NCBI GenBank assembly: GCA_951406725.2
Contig: OX597819.1
Span: 11,656,001 to 11,720,000 of the forward strand
Length of the DNA stretch: 64,000 bases
Source: Octopus vulgaris
Taxonomy: Eukaryota
Direction of reading: 5' to 3'
The notes under the pieces were generated by a model that saw only the letters and a program-made list of their open reading frames with translations, had not been told where the DNA came from and searched no databases. The position numbers and the translations under genes were made by a program. Below are positions 27,086 to 40,576 of this stretch, piece after piece (the stretch's first letter is position 1; the number at the start of each line of letters is the position of its first letter).

Positions 27086-27706
27086 TATATGCATAATATA
27101 TATATATGCATATATGCGTATATTTATACATATATATGTTTATATGTATACATACACACACTCACATACACCACTCACACGCTCACACATATACATACAT
27201 GTGTGTCTGTGTCACTGCTTCTGTGTGTGTCTCTGTGTGTCTCTGTATCCGTGTCTGTGTATTTATACAGTCTCGAAGAAAACTAAAAGTATACTGCATA
27301 ACAGCAATCAAGCACACAGAGTTAATGTCACTCTCCTGTGAGAGTGGGACTGGTGAGAGTTTAACATTTCGGACATTTGTCATTCATCATGAACAGAAAT
27401 CATAAAAAGAATTTTAAATGTGTTACGTGAAAATCAATATTTGTTACAACAAAGGTGATATGGTGAATGAAAGAACGATCGTAGGTAGAGCTGAAGACTG
27501 TGGTTTCGTAGGTAAGAGAGTGAAAAATGGGGCGGAGATAAAGAATATGTGCATGGATGACTATGACATTAAGAATAGGTTGAAAGGAGTTCGAGAGCAT
27601 ATTATGTATATCGTAGGCAAATATACATATGTCTAAGAAGGTATGTATGTATGAGTAGGGGGTACATGTGGGCCTGTTGTGTGAGTGTTATCCACGTATG
27701 CGTTGG

Positions 27707-27986
27707 TGGATGGATGGCTGGTTGGATAGATGGATGAGTGGTTGGATGGATGGATGGTTGGATGGATGGATGGATGGATGGATGGATGAATGGTTGGATG
27801 GATGGATGGATGGATCGATGGATGGATGAATGGTTGGATGGATGGATGGATGAATGGATGGATGGATGGATGGATGGTTGGACGGATGAATGTTTGGATG
27901 AATGGATGAATGGTTGGATGAATGGATGAATGGTTGGATGGATGGATGGATGGATGAATGGATGGATGGATGGATGGATGGATGGA
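27707..27986. repeat. (GGAT)n microsatellite
   Basis: Direct reading. Confidence 0.92.
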
Positions 27987-28380
27987 GGATCTGAGGTAAA
28001 TCTAGCGTGCTACAGTGTGGGTGGTGGGAACAAGGAATAATAATGTATGTGTGGTAGATGGATACATTGTATGTGTGCATGTGTGTGAGCATGTGTGCGT
28101 GCATGTATGTATGTATATATATTTGTGTGTAACTATATCTGTGTGAGTTGAAGTGCATATGTGTGCATTTATCAATTGTTAAGAAGGAAGGTGGTGTTAT
28201 GAGATACAAGCAACGTTTAGGCTGACTTTTGTAGGTGTTCTACCTTCACACTTGCACCAATCTTTTCCAGTCATGTTGGTAGTTTAGTGCTGATACTTCC
28301 AAGTGCACCAATTACTATTGGTCTCATGTCTACTCTCCTCATTGACCACAACCTTCGTATTTCCCTCTTCAAATCGTCAT

Positions 28381-28606
28381 ACTCTTTTACTTGTTTCAGT
28401 CATTTGACTGCGGCCATGCTGGAGCACCGCCTTTAACCGAGCAACTCGACCCCGGAACTTATTCTTTTGTAAGCCTAATACTTATTCTATCGGTCTCTTT
28501 TGCCGAACCGCTAAGTAACGGGGACATAAACACACCAGCATCGGTTGTCAAGCAATGCTAGGGGACAAGCACAGATACACAAACACACACACACACACAC
28601 ACACAT

Positions 28607-28669
<63 letters not shown>

Positions 28670-28845
28670 TACACATATATACGACGGGCTTCTTTCAGTT
28701 TCCGTCTACCAAATCCACTCACAACGCTTTGGTCGGCCCGGGGCTATAGTAGAAGACGCTTGCCCAAGGTTCCACGCAGTGGGACTGAACCCGGAACCAT
28801 GTGGTTGGTAGACAAGCTACTTACCACACAGCCACTCCTGCGCCT
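28381..28845 (-). mobile_element. SINE family A inserted in the LINE RLE domain
   Basis: Full length; GTCATA duplicated at 28376-28381 and 28848-28853. Confidence 0.9.
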
Positions 28846-29359
28846 TTGTCATAGTTGTTTATTTTTCTTCTACTTTCACATCGATCCTGTTGTCACCGGA
28901 ACATGCTATGTCGATTATCATATATGTTCTTTCTTTTATATTCACCCCAACAATGTCCGGTTTCCGATATCTGGTCGAGTGTCGCACAAGACCATTGCAT
29001 CCCACACGATTTTGCAATTCTCTTTTTTGGTGATTCCTTCTGGAGTTTTCTCATACCACGTGTTTGCTTTTTGTAGGCCGTGATTTCCACAGAGCCCCCA
29101 ATGGATCATTCTTACCACATTGTCATGGCGTCTTTTATATTCGCGTTGTGCTAATTTCGGGCATTCGCTAATGGGGTACCCTACCGTTTCACCCCTCTCA
29201 CCACACATTCTGCATATAGTTAATCCTTAACGCTTATTCCTGAGCTGCGCATATGAGTGCTTCTGTCTCTATCTTCAGGTCACTCCTCCTTATCCATAGC
29301 CACCGGTCATCTGTATCAGTCTTGGCGTTCACATCTCTTGCAAACTGACCGTACATTTT

Positions 29360-29782
29360 CTTTTACTCTTTACTCTCTTTTACTCTTTTACTTGTTTCAG
29401 TCATTTGACTGCGGCCATGCTGGAGCACCGCCTTTAGTTGAGCAAATCGACCCCGGGACTTATTCTTTGTAAGCCCAGTACTTATTCTATCGGTCTCTTT
29501 TGCCGAACCGCTAAGTGACGGGGATGTAAACACACCAGCATCGGTTGTCAAGCAATGCTAGGGGGACAAACACAGACACACAAACACACACACACACACA
29601 CACATATATATACATATATACGACAGGCTTCTTTCAGTTTCCGTCTACCAAATCCACTCACAAGGCATTGGTCGGCCCGGGGCTATAGCAGAAGACACTT
29701 GCCCAAGATGCCACGCAGTGGACTGAACCCGGAACCATGTGGTTGGTTAGCAAGCTACTTACCACACAGCCACTCCTGCACC
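29360..29782 (-). mobile_element. SINE family A, full length
   Basis: Matches consensus. Confidence 0.9.
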
Positions 29783-30280
29783 TTTTCTTTCCATGCTTTT
29801 TTTTTTTTTTTCCTTTCTTGTTTAAATTTTTCTTTAGTTACACAATTTTCACTGTAACTGAATTTTCTTGCTTACTCCATATCTTAGCTTAGAAAAGTCG
29901 GCATTCATCAGCATCAAGGACTAATCATCGTTAATTTTATCATCATTAATCTGTTGGTAAAATCTTTTTTGGTCGGTTCTAAACAATTTGTTTTGCTGGT
30001 ATTGCTTAAGCCGTTGTTAGAAGCTAGTTAGCTTTGCTTTTTTGTATGTATACGCTACTTCCATTCTTCAATTATAACATCCAGGCCTTTTGATCTACAC
30101 CATACTTCTTCCTAACTTTTTCGAATTTCCGTTCCTTCTTAAGTTCTCCATTTCTTTTCCTGACAAGTACTGACACTACACTGTTCAAGGAGTTTATATC
30201 TTCAGAAATTTTCGTTTTCCATCACAGTTGTTTATTTCCTCTTGTATCCGTCGCTGTTCTATTCTCTGTAGTTCTCAATT

Positions 30281-30645
30281 GTGTGGAGGCGCAATGGCCC
30301 AGTGGTTAGGGCAGCGGACTCGCGGTCATAGGATCGCGGTTTCGATTCCCAGACCGGGCGTTGTGAGTGTTTATTGTGCGAAAACACCTAAAAAGCTCCA
30401 CGAGGCTCCGGCAGGGGATGGTGGTGATCCCTGCTGTACTTTTTCACCACAACTTTCTCTCACTCTTACTTCCTGTTTCTGTTGTACCTGTATTTCAAAG
30501 GGCCGGCCTTGTCACTCTCTGTGTCACGCTGAATATCCCCGAGAACTACGTTAAGGGTACACGTGTCTGTGGAGTGCTCAGCCACTTACACGTTAATTTC
30601 ATGAGCAGGCTGTTCCGTTGATTCGGATCAACCGGAACCCTCGTA
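30281..30645 (+). mobile_element. SINE family C (head GTGGAGGCGCAATGGCCCAGTGG, tail type 1)
   Basis: TGGCCCAGTGG A-box, GGTTTCGATTCCC B-box; about 8 copies in the window. Confidence 0.88.
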
Positions 30646-31067
30646 GTTCTCAATTTCATCCCTTCCGCCTCAATCCTACTAGCAGCCTTGATAAGATTAT
30701 TGGTAGTGCTATTATTATTTTTCCTTTAGGTTCTTCTTTGGTCTGAACTGTATCTCTTATGTTGTTGTTTGTCTTTCCCACTGCCTGGTCCTTCTTTTCC
30801 AGTTCTCTCATGATCTCTTCCACCTCTAATTCTGTCGTCCACTTTCTTCTCCTAATAGCATTAGTTTGATCTACTAATCTCTGATCAGTCACTTTTAACA
30901 TACCCTTCTCTACCCAAACTGTTAACATTCGTTTTCTATAGCCCTTTCTTTTAGGTTCACTTTCTAACTAGTACTGCATCACCATCCTGTTTTCTTCGCT
31001 GGTCCACTTTCTCCTCCTTGCTCTATTATCTGCTGATGCTGTATTAGGATGACAGTTGTGGTCAGTC

Positions 31068-31068
<1 letters not shown>

Positions 31069-31124
<56 letters not shown>

Positions 31125-31140
31125 CATCATTATTATTATT
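31069..31140. repeat. (TTA)n tract between two R4/Dong-like LINE remnants
   Basis: Direct reading. Confidence 0.9.
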
Positions 31141-31439
31141 TACCTTTGCATTAGCTCATATAAGCTGCACCCAAGTTTCAACCGGAGATGTCATGGGACA
31201 AGATTTTGCATCTAAAAACATCTTGTTCCGTTTCTGGTTGACACTTGTAAAATTAAAGCAAAAGCAAAGCTTCTTCGTCTTCTTCTTCTTCTTAATGTTC
31301 TTCTTCTTCTTCTTCTTCTTTTTCTTCTTCTTCTTCTTCTTCTTCTTCTTCTTCTTCTTCTTCTTCTTCTTTTTCTTCTTCTTCTTCTTCTTCTTACACA
31401 TAAGCTTTCATTGAATAATTTAGTTCGCAAAGAATTTAT

Positions 31440-31930
31440 CATCAGGTCTGGTGACAACAAGTCTCCTCAAATCTTAAGATTTATGCAGAATACGAGATGG
31501 TACTTTTCTGAAGGGTCAAAGATTCATGTCTCAATTTCCAATATCCTTGAGCCTTTTAAATAGCTGTTTGGGCGTTGTCCCTAGTGCACCAATTGCCACA
31601 GGAAGAAATTTCACCCTTCTGTTTCACAAACTCTTCATCATTCTGGCTAGATTCTGATGTTTCCATATTTTCTTAGTTTTTTTTTTTTTTTTTTACATCC
31701 ATTTCACTATTTTATAGGATTACAAAATTAATGATTTTACATCGTTTATTCTTTCTGACCTCCGCGATTATATTTGGCTCTCCTTCCTTCGGTAGCATAA
31801 TCAGCCGTTATTGAAAAACCCTATAGAATTCTATAATTATCATTCACCAATACAGCCTTTCTTTAAGTCCAAATGCATTCATTTACCGACGAAGCCATAC
31901 CTGCTTTTATATTGTTTTGTGCTAGCTTAA
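31440..31930 (-). mobile_element. second R4/Dong-like LINE 3' remnant (RLE C-terminus)
   Basis: Minus-strand peptides VLVNDNYRIL...KIINFVI...VKFLPVAIGALGTTPK...LQKS. Confidence 0.7.
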
Positions 31931-32307
31931 CAATGGCTAGTGTGAGTCTGACTGAGTTTAGATATAAGACAACCAAATTGGCGTAAGTTGGGATAACTAT
32001 TGTTCTCATCGCTGTCCCTGATATTTATTTGTTAAATTTATCATTGTAGTCAAAAAACTTTTGTGAAATTAATCTTATTCTTTCAGAAATTAACCTTTTT
32101 TGTATTTGATCTAGGATTTTACTGACAATTTTGCTAGCCATAATTCTATTACTTCTAGTTCACATTCATATGGGATTATATTTCAAAGGTTTTATTACAT
32201 ACAATGATACTATAACAGTACTTCAGTAAATTTTTTTCCGGAATGTAGTTTAACGCGTTCAAGTCATCACTTAAAACGATTGGTTTGTGCATTGAAGTAG
32301 ATTTTAG

Positions 32308-32353
<46 letters not shown>

Positions 32354-32376
32354 CGACATATGCATACATACAAGAT

Positions 32377-32408
<32 letters not shown>

Positions 32409-32483
32409 CATACATACATACATACATACATACATACATACATACATACATACATACATAGACAGATAGACAAACAGACAGAC

Positions 32484-33040
32484 GGACGCAAGACTTCTTT
32501 CTGTTTCTGTCAACCAACTACACCCGCAAGGATTTAATCGGACCGGGGCTTATAGTAAAAGACACTTGTCCAAGATGGCACATAGTGGGACTGAACTCGG
32601 AGCTATGTGGTTGGGAAACAAGCTTCTTATATTCATGCTCAAAAAATTAAGCGGAAACAATTCACCATTCACTAATTAAAAAATTAACAACCCACGTGAG
32701 GTGAAGACATCGCGACTTCGCCGAACAAATAGAAAACAATTGAGTGTATTATGAACACAACCAGTCTAGCGTTCAATATTAAGAGTCGGAGCTCGTGGTC
32801 TCTCATTTTTGAAATCTTTAATCTTTTTTTTTTTTTCATCTTTTGTTTCAGTCATTATACTGCGGCCATACAGGAGCACAACCTCAAAGAATTTTTAGTC
32901 GAATGCATCGACCCTCTGTAATTGTTTAAGACTTTGTACTTATTCTTATCGATCTCTTTTACTGAACTGCTACGTTATTGGTGGTATAAACAAAGTAACA
33001 CCGGTTGTCATGTGGTAATGGGAGACAGACATAAACGTAC
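32484..33040 (-). mobile_element. diverged SINE family A fragments
   Basis: 5' part at 32484-32630; 3' module at 32840-33040. Confidence 0.6.
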
Positions 33041-33784
33041 ACACACACACATACATACCGTTACTATTACGTTAAACTGCCGTATGTCCAAATTTGGTCA
33101 ATTTTTTTTTTTTCAATATCTAACTTTGCTTGCCGGTCCTTTTGGTCAAACTATCGTATCTCCAGCTACATTGAGATGAAAATTGTAACGGATTAGCATT
33201 TTTCAAAAGTGTAGTAAGTCCCACATACGACAGTTTTGCAAAAATATTTCTGACTGAAAATATCATACATGCATGGAGTTATCATTTTACGCACCCAACA
33301 AAGTATTATTGTTAAACCGAAACTGTTGCTAATGTTAAAAGAAATGGAATGGTGAAACTTAAGTGGACTTACGACACTTTTGCATAATAGCAACGATACA
33401 TATATGCGATAGGCTTCCACACATTTTCCGTCTATCAAATTCACTCACAAGGCTTTGGTCGGTCTCAGGCTGTATAGTAGAAGACACTTGCCCAAGGTGC
33501 ACTACTACAACTACTACTACCACCATCACCGCCAACACTACTACTGATATTACTACTACTACTACTACTACTACTGTGTTGCATGCTCCGTAGTCATCTG
33601 GTGTCACATTCACACCTCCACCTCTCCCCCTCTCCTCCACTCCCACCACCCTCGACGTTAACGTAACCGGTTAAGCAGCCATATGTTGTTTTGTATCTGT
33701 TGCTATTCTTTGGGATGATATTTCATGAGTGGCGTGTTCAATGACTATCTACCGTCGAATTTTACTCCCACCATGGCCTCCCCA

Positions 33785-33959
33785 TCACGTGATACTTCCA
33801 AATGTTTTCTTCACTCTTCCATCTGAATCTTATCTCCTCCGTTTCACGTGACCTTCGGCCATTTTCCCCTTATATTTGTCTCATCAGAGTGTCATCTCTT
33901 GACGCCAAATTATAGACCTCTTCACCCCCCCTAAGCTACTCCTCTCTCTATCTCACTCT

Positions 33960-33991
<32 letters not shown>

Positions 33992-33994
33992 TCA

Positions 33995-34048
<54 letters not shown>

Positions 34049-34071
34049 TTATCTCTGTCTGTCTACCTATC

Positions 34072-34132
<61 letters not shown>

Positions 34133-34133
34133 C

Positions 34134-34164
<31 letters not shown>

Positions 34165-34169
34165 CTCTC

Positions 34170-34232
<63 letters not shown>

Positions 34233-34434
34233 CTAACACGCACACCATCTCCATGTTTCTTTTCTCGTCCGTATCTCTTTCGTACACATCATTATAACTT
34301 AACGCATCAGTTCTTTACGATGCTCTCGCGCCGCATGTGAATTCATCTGTAAGGTGCGTCGATATATTTTAAAGAATTTCATAGTTGGCATCACGTGACT
34401 GACAGCCATCTCAGTGAAAACGTATATCACGTGA
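33785..34434. promoter_or_regulatory. cluster of four TCACGTGA E-boxes, candidate promoter or enhancer
   Basis: TCACGTGA at 33785, 33844, 34391 and 34427; GGCCATTTT (YY1-like) near 33857. Confidence 0.35.
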
Positions 34435-34638
34435 CCTGAAAAATGTGACATCTTATGAAACGTCGCCATATTTATTTATCACTGTTTACGCATACTTTAG
34501 CAATTGTCTCTATTGCGTTGTTCAGTTTTATAACGATGTTTGCACAGATTGTTCCCCTCTTCCTGTCCCTTCAACTCAAACCAAACATCTCACATCTTGC
34601 TATTTCGCAGTCTTATCTTTTCAGCCATTAAAAGAAAC

Positions 34639-35172
34639 CTTCTTCTTCTTCTTCTTCTTCTTCTTCTTCTTCTTCTTCTTCTTCTTCTTCTTCTTCTTGT
34701 TCTTCTTCGTCTTCTTCTTCTTCTTCTTCTTCTTCTTCTTCTTCTTCTTCTTCTTCTTCTTCTTCTTCTTCTTCGTCTTCTTCTTCTTCTTCTTCTTCTT
34801 CGTCTTCTTCTTTTTCGTCTTCTTCTTCTTCTTCTTAATCTTCTTCTTCGTCTTCTTCTTCTTCTTCGTCTTCTTCTTCTTCTTCTTCTTCTTCTTCTTC
34901 TTCTTCTCCTTCTTCGTCTTCTTCTTCTTCTTCTTCTTCTTTGTCCTCTTTTTCTTCTTCTTCTTCGCCTTCGTCTTCTTCTTCTTCTTCGTCTTCTTCT
35001 TCTTCTTCGTCGTCTTCGTCTTCTTCTTCGTCGCCTTTTTCTTCTTCTTCTTCGTCTTCTTCTTCTTCTTCTTCTTCTTCTTCTTCTTCTTCTTCTTCTT
35101 CTTCTTCTTCTTCGTCTTCGTCTTTTTCTTCGTCGCCTTTTTCTTCTTCTTCTTCTTCTTCTTCTTCTTCTT

Positions 35173-35203
<31 letters not shown>

Positions 35204-35230
35204 ATCTCCGTCTTCGTCTTCTTCTTCTTT
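34639..35230. repeat. ~590-bp (CTT)n tract interrupted by CGT
   Basis: Direct reading. Confidence 0.95.
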
Positions 35231-35719
35231 CATTCTTTCTTCCTTCCTTCCTTTCTTTACCTTTCTTCCCTTCTCTTCCTCCGCCACCATCTCTTCTTTC
35301 TCATCTCTTCCCTCTCCTCGTCTTCTTAATCGTCGTCGTCGTCGTCTACACCGTCACCGTCACCGCCACAGCTTCCGCCACCTCCGCCACAGCAGCCGCC
35401 GCCGCTGTCTTCGCCATCGTCGACGTAACTCCCGTTTCTGGCGTCGTTAATGCGCACTCGTGAATTGTTTTTCAAAAAATTATCGTATTACTTTTCAAAT
35501 TGCACCGTGTTTTTATGAACCTGTTTATAGAGAGTTGAGAGTTCTTCATTTAATTCTTTCCTTTTTATTGTTTTTTTTTTCTTTTTCCCATTTTTTTAAT
35601 GCCAGGCAATTTTCAAAACTATTTGTAAACAGCGTCCAGTGTGGTGGCGATAGTTGGGGAGGAAGACGTCTAAACTAGCGAAGAAAGCAACAAATACTCA
35701 GCCCGAAAAATAAATTTTT

Positions 35720-35730
35720 TAATAATAATA

Positions 35731-35798
<68 letters not shown>

Positions 35799-35835
35799 CA
35801 ACAACAACAACAACAATAACAACAACAATAATAAT

Positions 35836-35868
<33 letters not shown>

Positions 35869-35908
35869 AAGAAGAAGAAGAAGAAGAAGAAGAAGAAGAA
35901 GAAGAAGA
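35720..35908. repeat. compound (AAT)n-(AAC)n-(AAG)n microsatellite
   Basis: Direct reading. Confidence 0.93.
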
Positions 35909-35929
35909 ATTAATGATAATGATCCGAGG

Positions 35930-36092
35930 GGACTAGCCAATTGCATCGACCCCAGTGCGTAACTGGTACTTAATTTATCGACCCTAAAAGGATGAAAGGC
36001 AAACTCGACCTCGGTGGAATTTGAACTCAGAACGTAGCGGCAGACGAAATACCGCTAAGCATTTTTTCCGGCGGGCTAATGATTCTGCCGCT
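35930..36092 (-). mobile_element. SINE family B
   Basis: CATCGACCCCAGTGCGTAACTGGTAC...GAATTTGAACTCAGAACG. Confidence 0.8.
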
Positions 36093-36174
36093 TTAAAAAC
36101 AACAATATTAACTACAACATAAACAACATCAACAATAGCAACAACTATTGCCACAACAGCAACAACAACAACGA

Positions 36175-36761
36175 GTGGAGGCGCAATGGCTCAGTGGTTA
36201 GGGCAGCGGATTCACGGTCGTAAGAACACGATTTCGATTCCCTGACCAGGCATTGTGAGTGTTTATTGAGCAAAAACACCTAACCTCCACGAGGCTTCGG
36301 CGGGGCTTGGGTAGTGAACTCCGCTATACTCTTTCACCACAACTTTCTCTTACTCTTTCTTCCGTCTTCTGCACAAAGCAGAGGAACCATGGTGTAACCC
36401 ACTATGGTGTGGTAAGCTTTCAAACCTTAGTCTAGATTGCGAATCCTCTGTACCCCAGGATGGTTCAGCTCTCCACCCGTTAAAAGCCACCGTTTACGGA
36501 ATGAGGATAACAACGTAGCTTTCGCGCCCGTGCAACCGCCAGTCTATCGCGTGTGGTGGGTGGATCTTCAAGTTGCCACACGCATTCTTAGTAGCTTAGA
36601 GAGTAGGCTCGAATTAGAGATAATTCTTTGTGGGTAATGGCGTGGGTCCTGATTGGACGAAGAAGAAGAAGAAGAAGAAGAAGAAGAAGAAGAAGAAGAA
36701 GAAGAAGAAGAAGAAGAAGAAGAAGAAGAAGAAGAAGAAGAAGAAGAAGAAGAAGAAGAAG
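36175..36761 (+). mobile_element. SINE family C head with an alternative tail ending in (GAA)n
   Basis: Head and body to ~36362, then unrelated ~300 bp, then (GAA)n. Confidence 0.7.
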
Positions 36762-36950
36762 ACCAGTCCATTTGCGAATATTCCAGTTCTAGTAGAATAC
36801 AACTAATAAGATAATGCTGACAGAGTTTATAGAAATATTAACAATTGTTTCATCATCTCAAAATATTAATTTGTAGTTGAGATATTGGTGAAGAATGTAA
36901 TTAATATCTATCTATCCATTTAGCTAGCTAAACTGTGTCTATTTAAATAT

Positions 36951-37578
36951 GTGGACGCGCAATGGTCCAGTGGTTAGGGCAACGGACTCGCGGTCGTAGG
37001 ATTGTGGTTTCGATTCCTACACCGGGCGTTATGAATGTTTATTGAGCGAAAACACCGAAAGCTCCACGAGGCTCCGGCAGGGAGTCGTGGCGAACCCTGC
37101 TGTACTCTCTCATTACAACTTTCTCTCACCCTTTCTTCATATTTCTTATTTCTTTATTGCCCACAAGAGGCTAAAAATAGAGGGGACAAATAAGGACTGA
37201 CAAAGGGATTAAGTCGATTACATCGACCCCAGTGCGTAACTGGTACTTAATTTATCGATCCCGAAAGGATAAAAAGCAAAGTCGACCTCGGCGGAATTTG
37301 AACTCAGGACATAACGGCAGACGAAATACCACAAAGCATTTCGCACGGTGTTCTAACGTTTCTGCCAGCTCACCGCCGTTCTTCCTGCTACTGTTGTACC
37401 TGTATTTCAAAGGGCCATCCTTGTCACACTCTGTGTCACGCTGAATCTCCCTGAGAACTACGTTAAGGGTACATGTATCTGTGGAGTGCTCATCCACTTG
37501 CACGTTAATTTCCCAAGCAGGCTGTTCCGTTGATCGGTTCAACTGGAACCCTCGTCGTTGTAACCGACGGAGTGCCAT
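36951..37578 (+). mobile_element. SINE family C containing a nested family B copy (37146-37378, minus)
   Basis: Family C sequence resumes at TTCTTCCTG after the insert; TTCTTC duplicated. Confidence 0.88.
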
Positions 37579-38751
37579 GCATTTATTTATCAAGCTTACT
37601 ATCGATCTATCTACTTTTCTGTTGTAAAATTCCGAAGAAGCCATCTATATATTTATAATTTTCACTTTTACCGTTTAGAAAATCAACGTATCATTTCAAC
37701 GATATTCTTATGAACTGACAAGGTGAGTTTGAGTTTAACCCAAAGCGCTAGGTGAGAGCTACTGATGAGCATTAGTATAAGTTTGGCGGTGGGAAAAAAA
37801 CCCTGAAACGAAAAATGTAACATTCTGGCGGGGATAGAATTATTGTCTCTTGAGTGACTCCGAAATGGATCAGTTTGTGTACGTTTTTTTCGTTCACTAG
37901 TCCGCAAAACGAGAAAACCACGTTTCCATGTTTCACCAACAAACTAACCAAGGCTGTATTTTTACCTTCATTAGTAAAGAAGTTATGTGCTTCCGGCCGG
38001 CAAGTCTGATGAGTCGCCTATATTGCCAGGTGGAGTAGAAGACGTGAAACCAATGGCTACTTTCTGACAAGCCATAACTTAGGATATGCTACTCAACGAC
38101 ATAATACTTACATAGTTCTTGTTCTCCGCTTCTTATCCCTACTCTTCTCTAGGAATGACCGACCTGAGCTAGATATCAAATATACTACTGACTTTGAATA
38201 CATCCAAGCGTCTCAAGACATGAAATATTAACGGTCTATTGTTCTGGAAACTTCTACTAAATGCAACACAACAGGCCTATGACTGCAAACCAAAGTCATG
38301 TGCTGCTATAGGGGTTGTCTCTTCAGTGGATGCGAACATTTTATTCAGAAATTTTTGAGAAAATCAACATTTTTGTTAACTCCTTCCAATCCTTGATCAA
38401 CGCTCGCCACTATGATTGATTTCAGTGGAGGAAGTTCCCAGCTGGTTGGGTACAGGCTAGCTGTATATCCACAGAAGATGAGATTATAATGATTAGAACT
38501 CTTTTATTCATAATTCTGCTCATTCAATTTTGACCTAGGGTAAAACAAGAGCACTGAGACAACAACGGAACCTTTCCCACTTGCAACTAAATCTAACTCA
38601 AGTCACACCCTACTGTCTTAAGTACCATAAGAAGGGACCCATTTGCTAGTGTATTCCTACATACCCATAAAAGGCAAGATAGTCACGGCTGAAATGACAT
38701 CGATCATAAACCTTCGTGGTCAACAACTGACCATATGGACTGGCGCAGATT

Positions 38752-38925
38752 ACAAAGAGTTGTGAAATAATCAACGAACAAACTACGTTGTTTGGAGCAA
38801 ATAACAAAGAGCTATGGCATAACAACAACAGTTCATGGGGGCAGGAGCAGACGACAAAGAGTTATGGCGTAATCAGTAACAGATCACGTGTTGTAGCAGA
38901 CGACAACGAGTTGTGATGTAATCTG
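38752..38925. repeat. degenerate ~50-bp minisatellite, about 4 units
   Basis: Recurring ACAAAGAGTT[AG]TG...TAATC...AGCAGACG. Confidence 0.65.
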
Positions 38926-39934
38926 CGACGGCATGACAAAATATTTTGATGGCTGACTAAGAAAATATTTTGACGGGAGAATGTTGGAAAAAACAGCAGC
39001 GATGTGGGTGTTAGGATAAGGGCAGTGGATAAGAGGGGCCTAGATAAGTAACGGAGGAGAGAATCTGGCAGAAGCCATTAGGGGTGATAAAAATCACACT
39101 GACATATTCTTTATCTGGGAACTAAAACTGGGTGGAAGTCTCGAGAACAATAGTCCTTGGGGAGGGACAGGGGGTTATTGTGCCTATGTGGTGGTGGTGA
39201 TGGTAGGGGGAGGGGTGCTAATTGTGATAGTGTTTGTTAGCAGCTGTAATGGTGACGATGATGATGAAGATTGCAATATTATGGTTATGCTGGTTGTCAT
39301 GGTAGCAGGAATGGTGGCGGAGGTAGTTTTGATTATGTATACGGCAGCGTTGTTGTTGCCGTTGGTGGTGGTGGTGGTTGTGGTGGTGGTGGCGGAGGAT
39401 GCGGTGGCGGCGGCGGTGGGCGGCGATGGTAGTGTTGGTGGCGGCGATGGTAGTGGTAGTGGCGGCGGTTGTGGTGGTGGCAGTTGGGGGTGGTTTGGGG
39501 GTTACCACTGTTGCTGCTCTTGGTGATGGTGGTGGTGGTGGTGGCACTGTTGTTATTACCACCATCATCATTATAATCATTATTTTTGTAATCGTTGTCA
39601 TCGAAGTCGTCATCATCATAACCACGTCGTCATCATTACCGCCATCATCATCAACATTCTTCTAATAATACGACAAACTGGATCGTCTGCTGAAGCGTCG
39701 TAGGTCTGTCTGTAGTTTTCTTTACAATGTGTTCCTACTGAGATGCAGTAAATAAAATCATTAATAAAGGTCAGTAATTATGTTGACTAAAGGTTATATC
39801 AAGATTTTCACACTGAGGAGAAAATGCGGTGTTGTATTCTATATAAGAGATACCTTAGTCTAATGAAACAGAATAAAATTCATAAGAAAATGTGTGTGTA
39901 TGTTTGTGTTCATGTAATCATGTTTGCGTGTTAC

Positions 39935-40236
39935 GTGATCACGTGACCGACCAGACCATTAGATGTTGTTACACATCGCTGGTCACAATGCGTTCGCATT
40001 GTTTTAGCCTTCGAATAACGCCACCCCGTTGGCTAAGCGATCAGGCCAACAGAAGAAAGAGTGGGAGAAAGAGTGGTGAAAGAGTACAGCAAGGATCACC
40101 ACCCCCTGCTGGAGCCTCGTGGAGCTTTTAGGTGTTTTCGCTCAATAAACACTCACAACGCCCGGTCTGGGAATCGAAACCGCGATCCTGCGACCGCGAG
40201 TCCGCTGCCCTAACAACTAGGCCATTGCGCGTCCAC
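39935..40236 (-). mobile_element. SINE family C with alternative tail type 2
   Basis: Head at 40236; diverges from tail type 1 after the CT-rich segment at ~40050. Confidence 0.8.
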
Positions 40237-40531
40237 ATGTTGTTTGCGTGTATCTTTTGTAAACATTGGTGAGACAAGCTTTTAAATTTTTGAATTTTCC
40301 TGAAAAATAATTCGACTTGCCTTAGATTTATCGGAGTTGTATATACGAAGTCCCTATGTATAATAACATTAGATAAATAAAACGTCCGACTACGGCGATG
40401 TGTATTTAGAAAATATCTGAACGTCTTCTTCGTTTGTGCAAAAATTGTATACAAATATTTAACAGTCATTGCACGTAACCAAGGATATATATTGAAATGA
40501 AATGGTATAGACATTGACATTATGTATACAC

Positions 40532-40576
<45 letters not shown>

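Larger units (their letters stand above)
28200..31060 (-). mobile_element. decayed R4/Dong-clade non-LTR retrotransposon (RLE type), RT region deleted, split by three SINEs
   Basis: Minus-strand peptides in colinear order: RRKWTSEENRMVM...GYRKRM...DQRLVDQ; KGLDVIIEE...QYQQNKLF; MYGQFAR...LKIETEALICAAQE; CRMC...C...YKRRHD...RPDI; IIDIAC; IVIGALG. Confidence 0.85.

Noticed and set aside
30281-30360. tRNA gene
   Set aside because: tRNA-like SINE head with no acceptor stem or terminator; continues into the SINE body
38150-38310. RT-like remnant (…QTKVM)
   Set aside because: Too decayed to assign with confidence
38752-38925. Repeat-spacer-like array
   Set aside because: The whole unit is homologous and degenerate; an ordinary minisatellite
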